A stretch of 64,000 nt of DNA from Bugula neritina. Its lineage: Eukaryota > Animalia > Bryozoa. Below are positions 28,166-51,324 of this stretch, piece by piece. Made by a program: the position numbers and the translations under genes. Positions within the stretch are counted from its first letter, which is position 1, and the number at the start of each line of letters is the position of its first letter. The notes beneath the pieces are model-generated. The model was not told the DNA's origin and searched no databases. It saw only the letters and a list, made by a program, of their open reading frames with translations. The stretch spans positions 9,198,129 through 9,262,128 of the forward strand of contig OZ037769.1 in assembly GCA_964035545.1 (NCBI GenBank), read 5' to 3'.

Positions 28166-28742
28166 GATAATAATATTAATATTGAAGTGAATTTTGAGTA
28201 CAGAAACTGATTACTGAAGAATGCTGAAACTATAAGTCTGAATCTGTGGTAGTAACTAGCGTACAGCGAGAATATTCATAATTGCCGGAAAAATCTTTAA
28301 ATTTTAGTGCTTCATCAACTCATTGGATATAAATTGAGGTGATACATTTCTTATCCAATAGCGAGTGATTTTTTTAATCAAACAGTTAGATCCTCAACGC
28401 CACCTCTAACGTCTACGATGCAGCCCGGATGTTCTAAAAAAAAATGGCGGGCATTTGCTGTTGTCTAGTGTGTCAGGTCGACGTTACGGCAAAGTATGCC
28501 CGGCTACTGTGAGTGCACGCGTGCGCCACCTCAATCACACGTTTATAATTAGTAAGCCAATTGAAAAATATATGTTTACCCAGTCGACTGCATATAGAAC
28601 AACCCAAATTTAAAGACGAAAGGAAACGTACTATAATTGCATTTATTATGCTCGCTAAATATATAATAGAGCGCTATTTCCTGTTTCAAGTCCATATCTT
28701 ATTGGTCATGGACCAGCAGATAACTTTTGCGCAGAAAAAGCC

Positions 28743-28763
28743 CATGTGATTACAGTCACATGA
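28743..28763. promoter_or_regulatory. Paired inverted E-box/M-box motifs immediately upstream of the SMIM30-like ATG
   Basis: CATGTGA..TCACATGA, matching the MITF/TFE-type M-box. Confidence 0.4.
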
Positions 28764-28775
28764 TAGTTCGCAAAA

Positions 28776-28949
28776 ATGGAGGCGTCTGTGAAAGGTTTCG
28801 TTTTTCTAATCCTTGTGTGTCTATTTCAGTCAGTTAACGCTTTTGACGGAGGAGATGGTGTTGCCTTAGTATTGGGACTTATTATTGGAATTATAGGTAT
28901 TTTTGCGTGTATCGGATGTTATGCGAGAAAAAAAGCTGGACAAATGTAG
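28776..28949 (+). CDS. SMIM30: Small integral membrane protein 30-like microprotein, 57 aa
   Basis: MEASVKGFVFLILVCLFQSVNAFDGGDGVALVLGLIIGIIGIFACIGCYARKKAGQM*: signal peptide/TM plus TM helix; C-terminus closely matches recalled vertebrate SMIM30 (GDAIALLLG...CACLGVYARKRNGQM); good start context AAAATGG. Confidence 0.92.
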   Translation: MEASVKGFVFLILVCLFQSVNAFDGGDGVALVLGLIIGIIGIFACIGCYARKKAGQM

Positions 28950-29901
28950 CAATTTTACTTCAACGTAAAGTAAAATAACACTAGCAGTAACACTAAGTCA
29001 TAGTCTAACGGATTACTGAATTCTCGAATGCTTATAGTAATACTATGTCTATTGGTATTACTTTTACTTATAGTTATACTATCATTTTATTATTCATTAA
29101 TTCATATTGATATTTAATTGTCCGTGATAACACTTCGGTACGAAACGATATTTTGATTCATTCTATTCCATTTCCTGTGGCTAAATTATGATTACATCGC
29201 CTATACTTATAGCAAACTATGTTCATTACATGAAATTATATCTCAAGCTCAAAGAAATCTTGAGCTGCAGCCATTCTTGAGCAGTGGACGTCTGACTATC
29301 TGCAACCATCTTTACTCTGAAGATATTATGAATTGTCAGCTTACTTGTGAAGAAATAAGAAAACAAGAATTCATCCTAAAAGTCCTACTCTTAGCTGCAT
29401 AGTGATAGTAGCTTTAATTCTGAAGTTTGATGCTGCTAGTGCTACTTTCAACTCTATATCTAAGTAGAAGTGCTGGGTTATCATTGATAATGGAATTCAA
29501 GTGAAATTTCATTCAAGTATTGGCTGTTGGCTACTCACTCAAATCTAGACAGTCATGGACTCTGCTTTGGAATTCTAGTTATTGATGAACAAAACATCTA
29601 TTTTGAAATACTAATTCTTCATCACTATTAAAAATTTGCTATCCATTAGTGAAGTTACAATAAAATCAATTGAGTGGGGTTGTATGAGATTAACGTAATC
29701 ATCAATATTTTTGTCAATTTAATTTTTTAATATCAATAAAAGTAGTTTCATTATTAATTGTACTAATTTCCTATTTCATCAATGACTAATTCATTTGTTT
29801 TTACAATACTAATACTATTTAGCTACATATTCCATATTTATGATCTATTGTAATGTGTAAATTACTCAAGCTTGAAGTTCAGTTATATGGGGGTCTACAG
29901 A

Positions 29902-30070
29902 CTACAGTAGAAACTGAACTGTGAACGCATTTTTGAAGCTGCTCACGCATACATTCGACGTCACGTCCTACCTTTTGCTGTTCACACTACAAACGCTGAA
30001 CGCCAACTGTCTCTAACCCTTTCACTAAACTTTTAACCTATAGGAATGCTGTAACTCAGTTTCTGCTGTA
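29902..30070. mobile_element. Small MITE-like element
   Basis: TACAGTAGAAACTGA ... TCAGTTTCTGCTGTA terminal inverted repeats. Confidence 0.5.
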
Positions 30071-30501
30071 TCAATAGCAAAAAACAATCAAATTTAGCGC
30101 AATTCATTGAGATTTACTAGCATAATTTAATAAGATTCACTAGTTAATTTTATTCTATTTTGCTAGCTTCAATTATTCCAAATTGGTAGCTTCATTTAAT
30201 GAGATTTACTAGCTTTATTCAATCGCATTCACTAGCATAAAGAATTAAATATGCTAATAAAATTTAGACAATTTAGAATTACCAAATGTGCTGATAAAAT
30301 TCAGCTAAATTTATCTACTAAATATTCATTTTCATAATTTATCGAGATTTGCATACATAACTTCTTCATATTATTAAGTAAAATAATATAGTTTTCAAAA
30401 AACCAAATCACGTGAAATATGTAAAAACATTTAACCAATCGGGGCTTCCCTGCCAGTCAGTGATGGGATGATTGCTGAACGCAAAATTTGAGTCAAGTTA
30501 A

Positions 30502-31370
30502 TCCCCTATTCACGCTTACCGTATCGTACGCCGTAACAGCAAATATCAGCCATTTTTACAAATGTCTGATTTTCCTGTACGATGTTGCGGTACGGTAGGA
30601 TCAAGCACTGCTTGATTGAAATAAGTTGCGGCGGACTCCTATTGGACAGAACAACTATTGCGTTAATTCATTGGATAAAATTGTCCAATGAAGTGTCATA
30701 GATCGTACCTAATAGCGGTCTTTGGAAACTTCAGCCCGGACACATTAAAAATGGCTGATATTTTCCGATACGGTAAGTGTGAATAGAGGGTCACACTTAC
30801 CGTAACATACTTCGTAACAGCAAATATAAGCCATTTGTAATGTGTCCGGGCTGAAGTTTTCAAAGTCCGCTATTAGGTACAATCTATGGCACTTCATTGG
30901 ACAATTATATCTAATGAGTTGACGCAAAAGTTTTTCTGTCCAATAGGAGCTCGCCGCAACTTAGTGAAGCCAAGCAGTGCTTTATCCTATCGCATCGCAG
31001 TACAGAAAGCTCAGACATTTGTGAAAATGGCTGATATGTTACGTTATGGCGTACGATACGGCAAAATGTGAATGAGGAGTCATTCACACTCATCGTACCG
31101 TAGACCGTAACAGCAAATATCAGCCATTTTTACAAATGTCTGAGCTTCTTGTTTGGCGATGCGATAGGATAAAGCACTGCTTGGTTTCACCAAGTTGCAG
31201 CGAGCTCCTATTGGACAGAAAGCTTTTGCGTCAACTCATTGGATATAGTTGTCCAATGAAGTGTCATAGATCGTACCTAATAATGGACTTAGAAAACTTC
31301 AGCCCTGACACATTAAAATTGGCTGATATTTGCTGTTGCAGCCTACGGTGCGGTAAGTGTGAATGAGGGG
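30502..31370. mobile_element. Three abutting ~290-bp Harbinger-like MITEs (forward, reverse, forward)
   Basis: Units ~30502-30790, 30791-31080 and 31081-31370, each with TCACACTTACCG..CAGCAAATATCAGCCATTTT / AAAATGGCTGATAT..CGGTAAGTGTGAAT inverted ends. Confidence 0.75.
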
Positions 31371-32378
31371 GAAAAAAGGCCACAGTAAACATTTAAATGC
31401 TAAATATCAATTTTTATAATGGTTGAATGTTAAGCAAGTTTTTGGCATTGGGTTTGTGAAAAAAACATCTCACTTCAAATATGCAAACACGTCAGTGTAA
31501 GAAATTTAAAATACAGCTGATTTGTAAGCAAAATCTGTCATCATTTCATTTATCAAAGATCTTTGCTGAAAAGAAATATCAGTATAAACACTTTTTTTTC
31601 ACAAAATTCAAGAATTGCATGCGCTGTAATTTTGTATGCTAGCTAATATATCCTATATAAGCTCAAACTTTCTTATAAAACGGTTGTGTACTATCAGTGA
31701 TGTCTATCATTATCGCTGGTTCTTCAAATGATGCTCTTTAGTGGTAAGTAAAATTGACTAAAAAGTTTTCAACACTCATTTGTTGAGTATAGTTGCTAAA
31801 AATAATTTATATTTTTAATTAGAAGGCAGGTGATTTAGAACTATATATAGGCTACTTGTTTACATACAGCTAAGAAAGTAACTATAAAAATATTAGGTAT
31901 TTCAATCTATCTATGCTCCCATTTATCATCCATTACTGATTGTAGTATTATCTGACTTCAGTGTACAGTTCAGGTTTTTATCAGATGTGATTAAAGAATT
32001 GTCCTTATCTTGACACTGAGGAAGATTGAAACTGTTTTGCGCATTGTGGTGTTAGAAGTAAAACAAATATTCCCACATTGTAAGGTGCTTTAGACTTCAG
32101 TACTAGCTTATTTAAAATGATACAGCAACATGTACTGATAAGGGAAGAAACCCTACAAAAAACCGTTAGTACACAGATTGAGTTACATAGTTCATGGGTA
32201 AAGTTGAGGTCAAAGAAAGCTAGCTAGGCTAAAATTAGACACAGAAGTGCAGATTAAACGTTCAAACAATTGAGGTCTGAAGGCAAAGAATAGATTGTTG
32301 TGCTGACAGAAAAACTTCATGTGCTTTAGAGTTTATTGTAGTAGAGTGTTGTCACCATGAAATGTTTTAAAATAATAT

Positions 32379-32423
<45 letters not shown>

Positions 32424-32486
32424 GTAAAATGAGTGTTTATAAAACGTTACTAGAGTGCTCTATAGAAATAAATCTAGAGCATAAAC

Positions 32487-32667
32487 ATTAGAAGAAGTAA
32501 AATGAGATTTGATTAATATAATGGCATTTATTACTAGTAGTTTCGTACACAAGAACGATGTGCACTCGTCAGATAAATTAGCCACTATCTGACGAGTGCA
32601 CATCGTTCTTGTGTACGAAACTACTAGTAATAAATGCCATTATATTAATCAAATCTCATTTTACTTC

Positions 32668-32674
<7 letters not shown>
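32487..32674. ncRNA. Perfect 89-bp inverted repeat, each arm carrying a family C type I hammerhead
   Basis: CTGACGA-GTGCACA TCGTTCT TGTGTAC-GAAA-CTA C TAG-TA-ATAAAT. Stem I is complete (ATTTAT/ATAAAT) for the minus-strand copy; 10-bp spacer at 32576-32585. Confidence 0.8.
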
Positions 32675-32723
<49 letters not shown>

Positions 32724-32773
32724 AAGAAAAGAGCAATTTATTTATATAGATGTTTTATTGCGCTACTAATAGT

Positions 32774-32852
<79 letters not shown>

Positions 32853-32853
<1 letters not shown>

Positions 32854-33123
32854 CTCAATCTGTGGACAGCAGCTGTTTCGGGATTTGTCCCCTTATCAGC
32901 ACAGAACAGAGTACCATGGCCCACATCTTCGCAATAGCAGAAGCTTATAGTTTTACTAAAGCATATTTAAAAGGTGTGTAAACCCAAGCCAGAGCGCTCA
33001 AGTGACTCTAGGGGTCACCTAGGAGTCACAAGCATTGCTAAATGCTAGCAGCTTGAGTTTGTGACCATGGTGAGAGTGCTCAATCACTTAATGTCATTGC
33101 TGAGCATTAAATGAGAGCATAAT
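32853..33123 (-). mobile_element. Monomeric family A retrozyme-like unit between (TA)n tracts
   Basis: High similarity to 10134-10405; core CTGATGA changed to CTGATAA (predicted inactive). Confidence 0.8.
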
Positions 33124-33124
33124 A

Positions 33125-33191
<67 letters not shown>

Positions 33192-34747
33192 CTCTATGGT
33201 TAGAAAAGCTACAGTGTTAACACTCCTGTTTCTGTAAATTTTGAAACTGCTGAGAAATAAAAATGGTTGTTAATTATTATATGGAAATTTATAATATAAC
33301 TTTGGTGGCATGAAAATTGTAGACTTGCACATGCTAAATTCTAAAACACGGAGAGCCATTCATGACATGCCATCTCTGTAGCATATCTTCTTTATACAAT
33401 TTGAATATGAATTGTTTCTATAAAAAAAACTGTAAAATTTCTGCCCAATTTCTTGAGATATAATGTTGTACTCAAACAAAACTCTAAATCTATCCTATAA
33501 GGAAAAAGTTATATTGGTGAAGAACCAAATTAAAGTTTGCGACATTTACTAATGGAGCTTATTGAGCAATTTGTGTTAGCATTTTTAAAAAACTATAATC
33601 AAATTAGTTTTGAGAATTAAAACCACTTAAAAATTGTATAATAAAAGTAGTCAAAGCTGTTGTGTAAAGTTATTGTTTCTTCAATATAAAAATATAATTC
33701 CTAATAAGCTAATTGCAAGTTAAATATGCAATTGTTTCAACAAAGTTAAAATATTTTGTGTTAAATTTTACAACTATACTCAGTGGGAACTTATATTTCT
33801 TTATTTGAATAGGAAAACTTGTTTTTGCAGCTAACAACCCAAATTAAAAGTCAGTCATACTGACATGTGCGTCAAAGCAGCTCATATTAGCACTAACAAA
33901 GTCTCATGGGTGAACAATAATTATTGCACATTTGTACAGTTCCTATATTAGCACTATTGTTACAATTAAAAAATAATTTATTCTTATATCGGTATAGAGT
34001 AGAGGTGCATATTTTAATAAAAAGTTTGAATTTATTAAATTAATATGGAAAAACTGCGAGCATGTGGTAATCAAATAGGAGTTGTAATTCCTTTTCAGTA
34101 AAAATGTCTTGAAATTTCAACAAAATGTGAGTACCTACATGTCCTTCACAGCCAAAGCATGGCAGCTTATTTATGCAAAATACAAACCAATCATTTGAAG
34201 CTAAGATTGTTGTTAGGACAGCAGTCTAAAATTCCACCACAGATAGATAAATTTTAGTAAACCAAAATGTAATTATTTGAATTTGTTAAGTCACAGAAAC
34301 TTAATTGATACTTTCTATTGTTCAAAGAATAGTATATACTTTTTTTTCAAATCTTTCTCTGGAAGATTAAGTATTGAAGCTCTTTAAAACTGAAGGCAAC
34401 AATGCCAACAGTTGATATGTGCATTACACTGAGCTGTTGGTAATGTAGGAAATGTTCCCTGCACTGATGTTTTTATTTGGTTATTGTTATATAATATAAT
34501 ATGGTAAAGTAAGGAATATTTCACTCCGTGGCTAATAATTTCCATTTATAATTTAAAAAGAGATTTTTTGCAACCTACATTTAGAAAATCAGCTCTTTAT
34601 TAACTAGGTAATAGTAAATAACTTGTTTACAAAAATTATATGATATTTTATGTACTGAGCACAAATATATAATTATACATGTAGCAATTAGCGATGATCA
34701 ATGTGGAAAGATATCTATTTTTATCTGCTACTTTACTAAAATTCATT

Positions 34748-34862
34748 TCTAGGGGTTGGAGCGTTTCCCTAGTAAACACGAAGTCATGGGTTAAAGCCCT
34801 GACAAAGGCCATTGGTGAAGTTAAGAAGAGCATCCAGTCATAATTGCTCCTGTGCCCCATCT
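34748..34862 (+). mobile_element. Degenerate tRNA-derived SINE fragment
   Basis: tRNA-like head CTAGGGGTTGGAGCG...GGGTTAAAGCCC (A/B-box-like), then AAGAAGAGCATCCAGTCATAA resembling a common metazoan SINE body motif. Confidence 0.4.
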
Positions 34863-35902
34863 GAATAAATCCTTGGCGCTATTTAACAAAAACCCCTTTT
34901 GTGAGGGGTTTTCTCACAGGGATAGTGATACAAATTTAAGTCTGCAATTGCTTGTACTTGTACTATCCATGATTCCTACATATGATTTATTTCTTAACCT
35001 ATGTTTGCCCACTAACCCCCTCACCTTAGATAGTCAAAACTTATACCTAGTGGCTACAAGTGAATGTAATGTTAAACTAGCTATTGGTTTAAGGATGGGG
35101 CATACAACTATAAACATCTATTTAATATACATTTATATACAAAACTTTTACATTCATGAAAATTTTGTAAGTTTTGTTACTGATTGGTATGTGTGCCAGT
35201 TCCACCCATAAACTAATTGAATAATTTCTTAAATGTCCTGAGTCCTAATCCCATGTAATCCAAGTGGGCACCACCCAGGCTGGCATATTATTTATGAGAT
35301 TTAGTTGGCCTTTTAGATAGGGCGAGTGCGTAATGTAGTGTATTACTTGGCATTATTCTCCAAAAGTGGACATCCTTTCTACTGTTACCTTATAAAAAAA
35401 TTATGTTAAGGAGGCAATGAAGCAATTTAAGAGATTAAGACACCAAGTTGCATTTTACCAGAGGGAAGTGTGGCGTATCACAAGTTTTTAATTTGTATAT
35501 CAACTTAAATATTCATAAGTTTGCCTTCCTTATGCTAATCAAAATTGACATTGGTAAATAAAATAGCTAATTGCAGCTCTAAAGAATCATGAGTTGTCCA
35601 GACTTGACACATGGACATTATGTAGCTAATGTGGAGATAACATGGGCAGGACTTAATGGTATACAACCTAGTGTAATTCACTATGATTCACTCGCTTCAT
35701 TACAGCTTTGGAAATGTTATTACAGTTTAGAATATGTTTAAGTAGCAAGCAGGTTAAACTGAACTAAAAGACAAAATGAGAACATGAAGTAATTTCTGTC
35801 AGAACTTCTGAGATACCATAAGGCTTTCCCATAACTGCATGTGAGCCATTCCAGCTCTCTCCATAGCCATTTTTGCAAGTGCCCTTGAATCATAATCTGG
35901 CG

Positions 35903-35960
35903 CAGGGGTGTCCAACTTTTTCCAGCCGAGGGCTATTGAATGCTGGCGAGGGCCACATTG
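35903..35960 (+). mobile_element. hAT (Charlie-like) terminal remnant
   Basis: CAGGGGTGTCCAACTTTTT..CGAGGGC..GCGAGGGCCAC; partner end not found. Confidence 0.4.
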
Positions 35961-38900
35961 TAAAGTTCAGTTTGTGGGTGGGGGTCACAGCATCAGTATT
36001 TTTCATGATATTTTATTCCAAACTCTTAGGAATCATTACGTAAGATAAAGTCCCAATAACTACTACAGCCTGCATGTTTTGTAGCATGCATAAAATAAAA
36101 CATTAAAAATGTGGTTTGTCACTATAACTCATGTATACTGTGAAAAATTATTTTAATTGTTATGCCTTTGGGGAACACATAAATGTTAGACAGCCCTGAT
36201 CTGAAGACTATACAAAACTTAGCCAGATATCTTCCATTCTGCACACATTTCAAAGCAAGCATTGCTTGCTCAGAAGGGTGAAGACTGTGTACAGTCCAGC
36301 ACATTGCAGAACATCGGTATTTTGGATTCTGTGTTGCCATTTGACCAGCTGAGTATAAAATGTCTCAGATTTGAAAGATGGCAGCTTCTAAGTGTCTATG
36401 AAGTAACAAAAGCTACTGGACAATGTTGAGAATAAAAGAGACTGGCAGGTGACAATAGACTAGTGAGACTGACTTCTATAAACCAGATCAGTTATGTAAT
36501 ATTGCATCAGGTATCTAACATGACTGTATAGACTATAGAGAATTAGCTATAATTATAGTAAATCTAGTTGTCAGAGTGTGGAGAGTTCTGAATGCTCAAA
36601 ATATTTTTTAGTCAGTCAGAAAACTGTTAATTACAGCTTAGTAGCTCCACCACTTTAGACAACAAATATATAGTACAATTATTGACAATTATTAGTCATA
36701 ATTTTGAGTATTTATGATGTAACTGCAGCTAGACATCATTTTAAGTGTGATTATACATGCTTTATACATTCTTTCAGCTGTTCACTCTGTGTGGCTACTA
36801 GCCCAGAGCCCTACCATAAAAAACTTCGATTGGTCTGATTTAGCATTCTAATATATTTCACTACATATTATAATCTATTTTATGTTATTTCAATCTCTTT
36901 GTATTTTGTTAAATTCATCATATTCTATTTGGTATTTTATTACTTATTATGTTATGTACCATTATAGTTATCATATGAATCAATCATTTGAAATGAAAAT
37001 AATGACTATGTATATAAAACAACTGTACAACACCATAGACTTTTTTATTAAAATTTAAGAAGAAGTATATGTGAAGAAAAAGCTTTTTATTGCAGTGAGT
37101 TGAACATATCAATACAAAAATTCGTTTACTGATTTAATTAGTAAAACATCGATCCTTAGAACACAAGTTAAGATCTATCAATTGCAAAGTAACATTTTTT
37201 GAAATTGGTGCTCAGCTTGTATGCAATCTGTGTGAGAATTCACTGTCATTGCTATAATGACCAGAGATTGATTATATATGTCATTAATGCTATTAATATT
37301 TGTTTATTAAACTAAATGCTTTCAATTTAAAATCCTAATTGAGACAAATCTAAAATAAATTACTTTGTATTTTCAACAAGCTACATCTAATTGTAGTCAA
37401 TCGGCATGTAATTTGTTGGTGCTGACATGTATTGAAATGTTTATTTCATTAATTTGCAATGTCAACTTAAAAAATTAATATAATAAACTTGTCTTTATAT
37501 AAAGTGTCAAATATTGCTGTTGTTGTCATAAATGAATGCATTTATTTCCTGCTTTGACTTTAAATGTTCATCAAAAATTGTTACAGCAAAAGGAAAAAGA
37601 CTTTTTCAGAAGCGAAAATAGAGATGATAGATCATATAGTAAAACAAATATATTGAATTATAAATGTCATAATAACTTAAATTTGTATATAACACATTTG
37701 GTCAACAATCAATATGATTCATGCTAATTATATATCTACACCCATTTGTTACATTTTTATTAAAAATTTAATATCTTTCAGCAGGAACTTTATAATCTAG
37801 TAAATATCTATGCATAACAGACTCAAACAATCAACTTCAACCATATATTGCTTACATGGCTCTCATCTTGGTTGCTAATCTTAATAATATGCTTCATTTT
37901 TTATAAATATCGGCATTTATATGAAAAAGGTTAACAATTTTTTAAACATAGTGGCAAAAAGAATAAACATGAAGTGAATTTTTATTTCTTCTTAAAAAAT
38001 GTCGTTTGGAGTTTCTTTCCCTCAAGAACTTTGTAGCCAAAACGTAAGTAGAAAATATTACTTGAGGCGCTAAAGCCATAGCTATACATGATAGGAGCGC
38101 TTGCTATGAAAGTGAAACAAAGCACGCGGTACTAGACTTAGTTTTGGTCTCAAAATAAAGTATCGGAATATTACCTACAGTTAGAAGAGCATAGTTGGCT
38201 AAGCTACTAGTAGTAAATTTAGGCAATGAGTCACGTGAGCAAAGCAAACTATTGAATTTATCAAGGTCGTCTGTGATTCAGAGTAAGCAATGCCAATGGC
38301 TTGCCTCGTGTGAACTCTCTGTGTTCCCTGTTATTCTGTAAGGAACTCAGGGACGAGCACGAGTGTTGTGCTTTTTTCTGGCTTATTTTAAAAAGCCTTT
38401 GTTTTTCTTTGCATAACTTTTATACTGCACTTCCAATTTATGGCTAGACTGGCTAGCAGTAGCTAAACCAAAATTCTACCAGAAATTCTGATTCAAGTTC
38501 AAGTTGAAGTTTGACTTCAGGTTCTGATTCTCAGACTGAGGCTTCGCCTTAGGCTTAAGTCGGTTAGTGTTACTATTACTATTAGTATTAGTGAGTCAAA
38601 GTGCATGTAAAATTTTAAATGAAATTATGACTATTATCAATTATCATTATGATTATTGGATAGATAAAGATTTGCAGTTGGTGTTACTTTTAAAATAAAT
38701 TGAACAATTAAATTCAATATTATAATTATGATTATTATTTTAATTGCCATTATGATTATGAGTATAGGCTTGGAGTAATAATTATTAATATTTATTAAAA
38801 TTATTAGGATAGTTTCTATAATGGAAATAAAAATAAAAGTTAACTTATGGCTTAGGTTACTAACTTACTAACTAACTCAGGCTTTGTTAGTGACATCTAA

Positions 38901-39427
38901 TTCTATAGCTATAAGTATTAGTAAAAGTATATTTTATATTTATTAAAAATTTTCTTAGTGTTATCCACTGCTATAGATGCATATAATAATTATTATAAAT
39001 ATATGTTACAAGTGAAGTAGTTAAGTACCTCAGTAAATCTCAATCTCTTCTGCAAACTACCCTCTGAAAGTACTTGAATATTTAATATAAAAATATGTTT
39101 TCATTATTGTAGTAATTATTATTATGTGATAGTTGTCAAATTGCATTAAATTCCACTAATTATTTAAATTTATTTGTATATAAACCGCAACTTTATAGTT
39201 ATCGAGTTTATTATAGTTTGATTCATGTGGGATAATTACCACAGCTCCAGTGAAGCAATACCAGTGCATTGACTGCAGGAGTAATAAACAATCTGTATAA
39301 GGGTTGTAACTGCCATTTCAGTTGATTTTTTATCCAATTTTTTTCTAGATAGAAGTTGCAGAGGTCTAGTAACACTCTTTGAATAGCCAGAATTATTTAC
39401 TTCCTGCACATTCCAAACTAATTACAT

Positions 39428-50219
<10,792 letters not shown>

Positions 50220-51324
50220 CAGCAGAGTAGCAAATGGAATATGTATATAGCTTAGCCAATATATTATGAACATAAAGATAGTGCATTATTGCGGAACTTT
50301 GCTGTGACCATAGAAACCAAAACTAGATTAGCTCATTTGTATTGCCCTACGGATCTTCCAAAGAGTCTTTCTAGTACAGCTCATGCACTATACCAGTATG
50401 TTAGACAGGATTCAGTATTCAGGACACAGTAGAATCAGAAATCTCGGCATGTATGTGCTTTGTTCAACAATTAGTTATAATTTAGTTTTATAAATATGAC
50501 AATATGCATATAGCGTTGGAGTGTGTGTGCTAGTGTCAATTTAATTTTATGTTTTACTTTAGCTTTGATCCAATAGTAATCTTAGCCATAATCCTACAGA
50601 TATTATTTTTAAATTATTTTTTACTAAACAGTTGTCAGTCCAGCCTATTTTATTTCTGATATATTGGAATTGGGGAATTGAGGACTCTGTCAAGATTTGA
50701 CCAGAGTTATATCTGTAATTTACTTTATTTCTGCATAAAATGACAGCCAAAGACTGTCTTATTTTCTTGGAGCCACATTGCTTGCAAAGCGTTGGCATAG
50801 CCAGTCCGTGGACCAATGGAACATACATTATTTTATGTGTTTATTTTTAATAGCGGTGCTCAGACAGACAAGTCTTGTTTCCACTACTTCATTAGAGAAT
50901 TTTACCAGTTGTAGAGGTTGCTGTTTATTGAACAAGGTTGTGAATATCAACTATTACTGTAATTATTATTATTGTTGTCATCTTTATCATTATAATTATG
51001 AGATCTACTAGTTGGGATTTCAGCCTGCTGCAAATCTTTATCTATGAAAGCTGCACAATAAAATATGAAAATTAAAACAATGCATTATCATGTTGAATTG
51101 TCTAATTGTTTTAACTATTGGTGAATTACTCATGAATCTTGCTTACTCTGCTAGTAGGCATTATGCCAGCAGATGCTCAGTTGGCCTAGTTCATCTAGGT
51201 GGATAGTTCAAAGTTATAAACAAGGGTCAAAGTCTACTTATGTAATTGTATATTTGCTTAAACTGGTAAATTCTACATAGCAATAGTTTGTTTCAGAATT
51301 TATAACAATAACTAACTAAAGCAT

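Noticed and set aside
29314-29340. CTGAAGAT hammerhead-like start
   Set aside because: No stem II or correctly placed GAAA follows.
34748-34805. Functional tRNA gene
   Set aside because: B-box is degenerate and no full cloverleaf forms; better explained as a SINE head.
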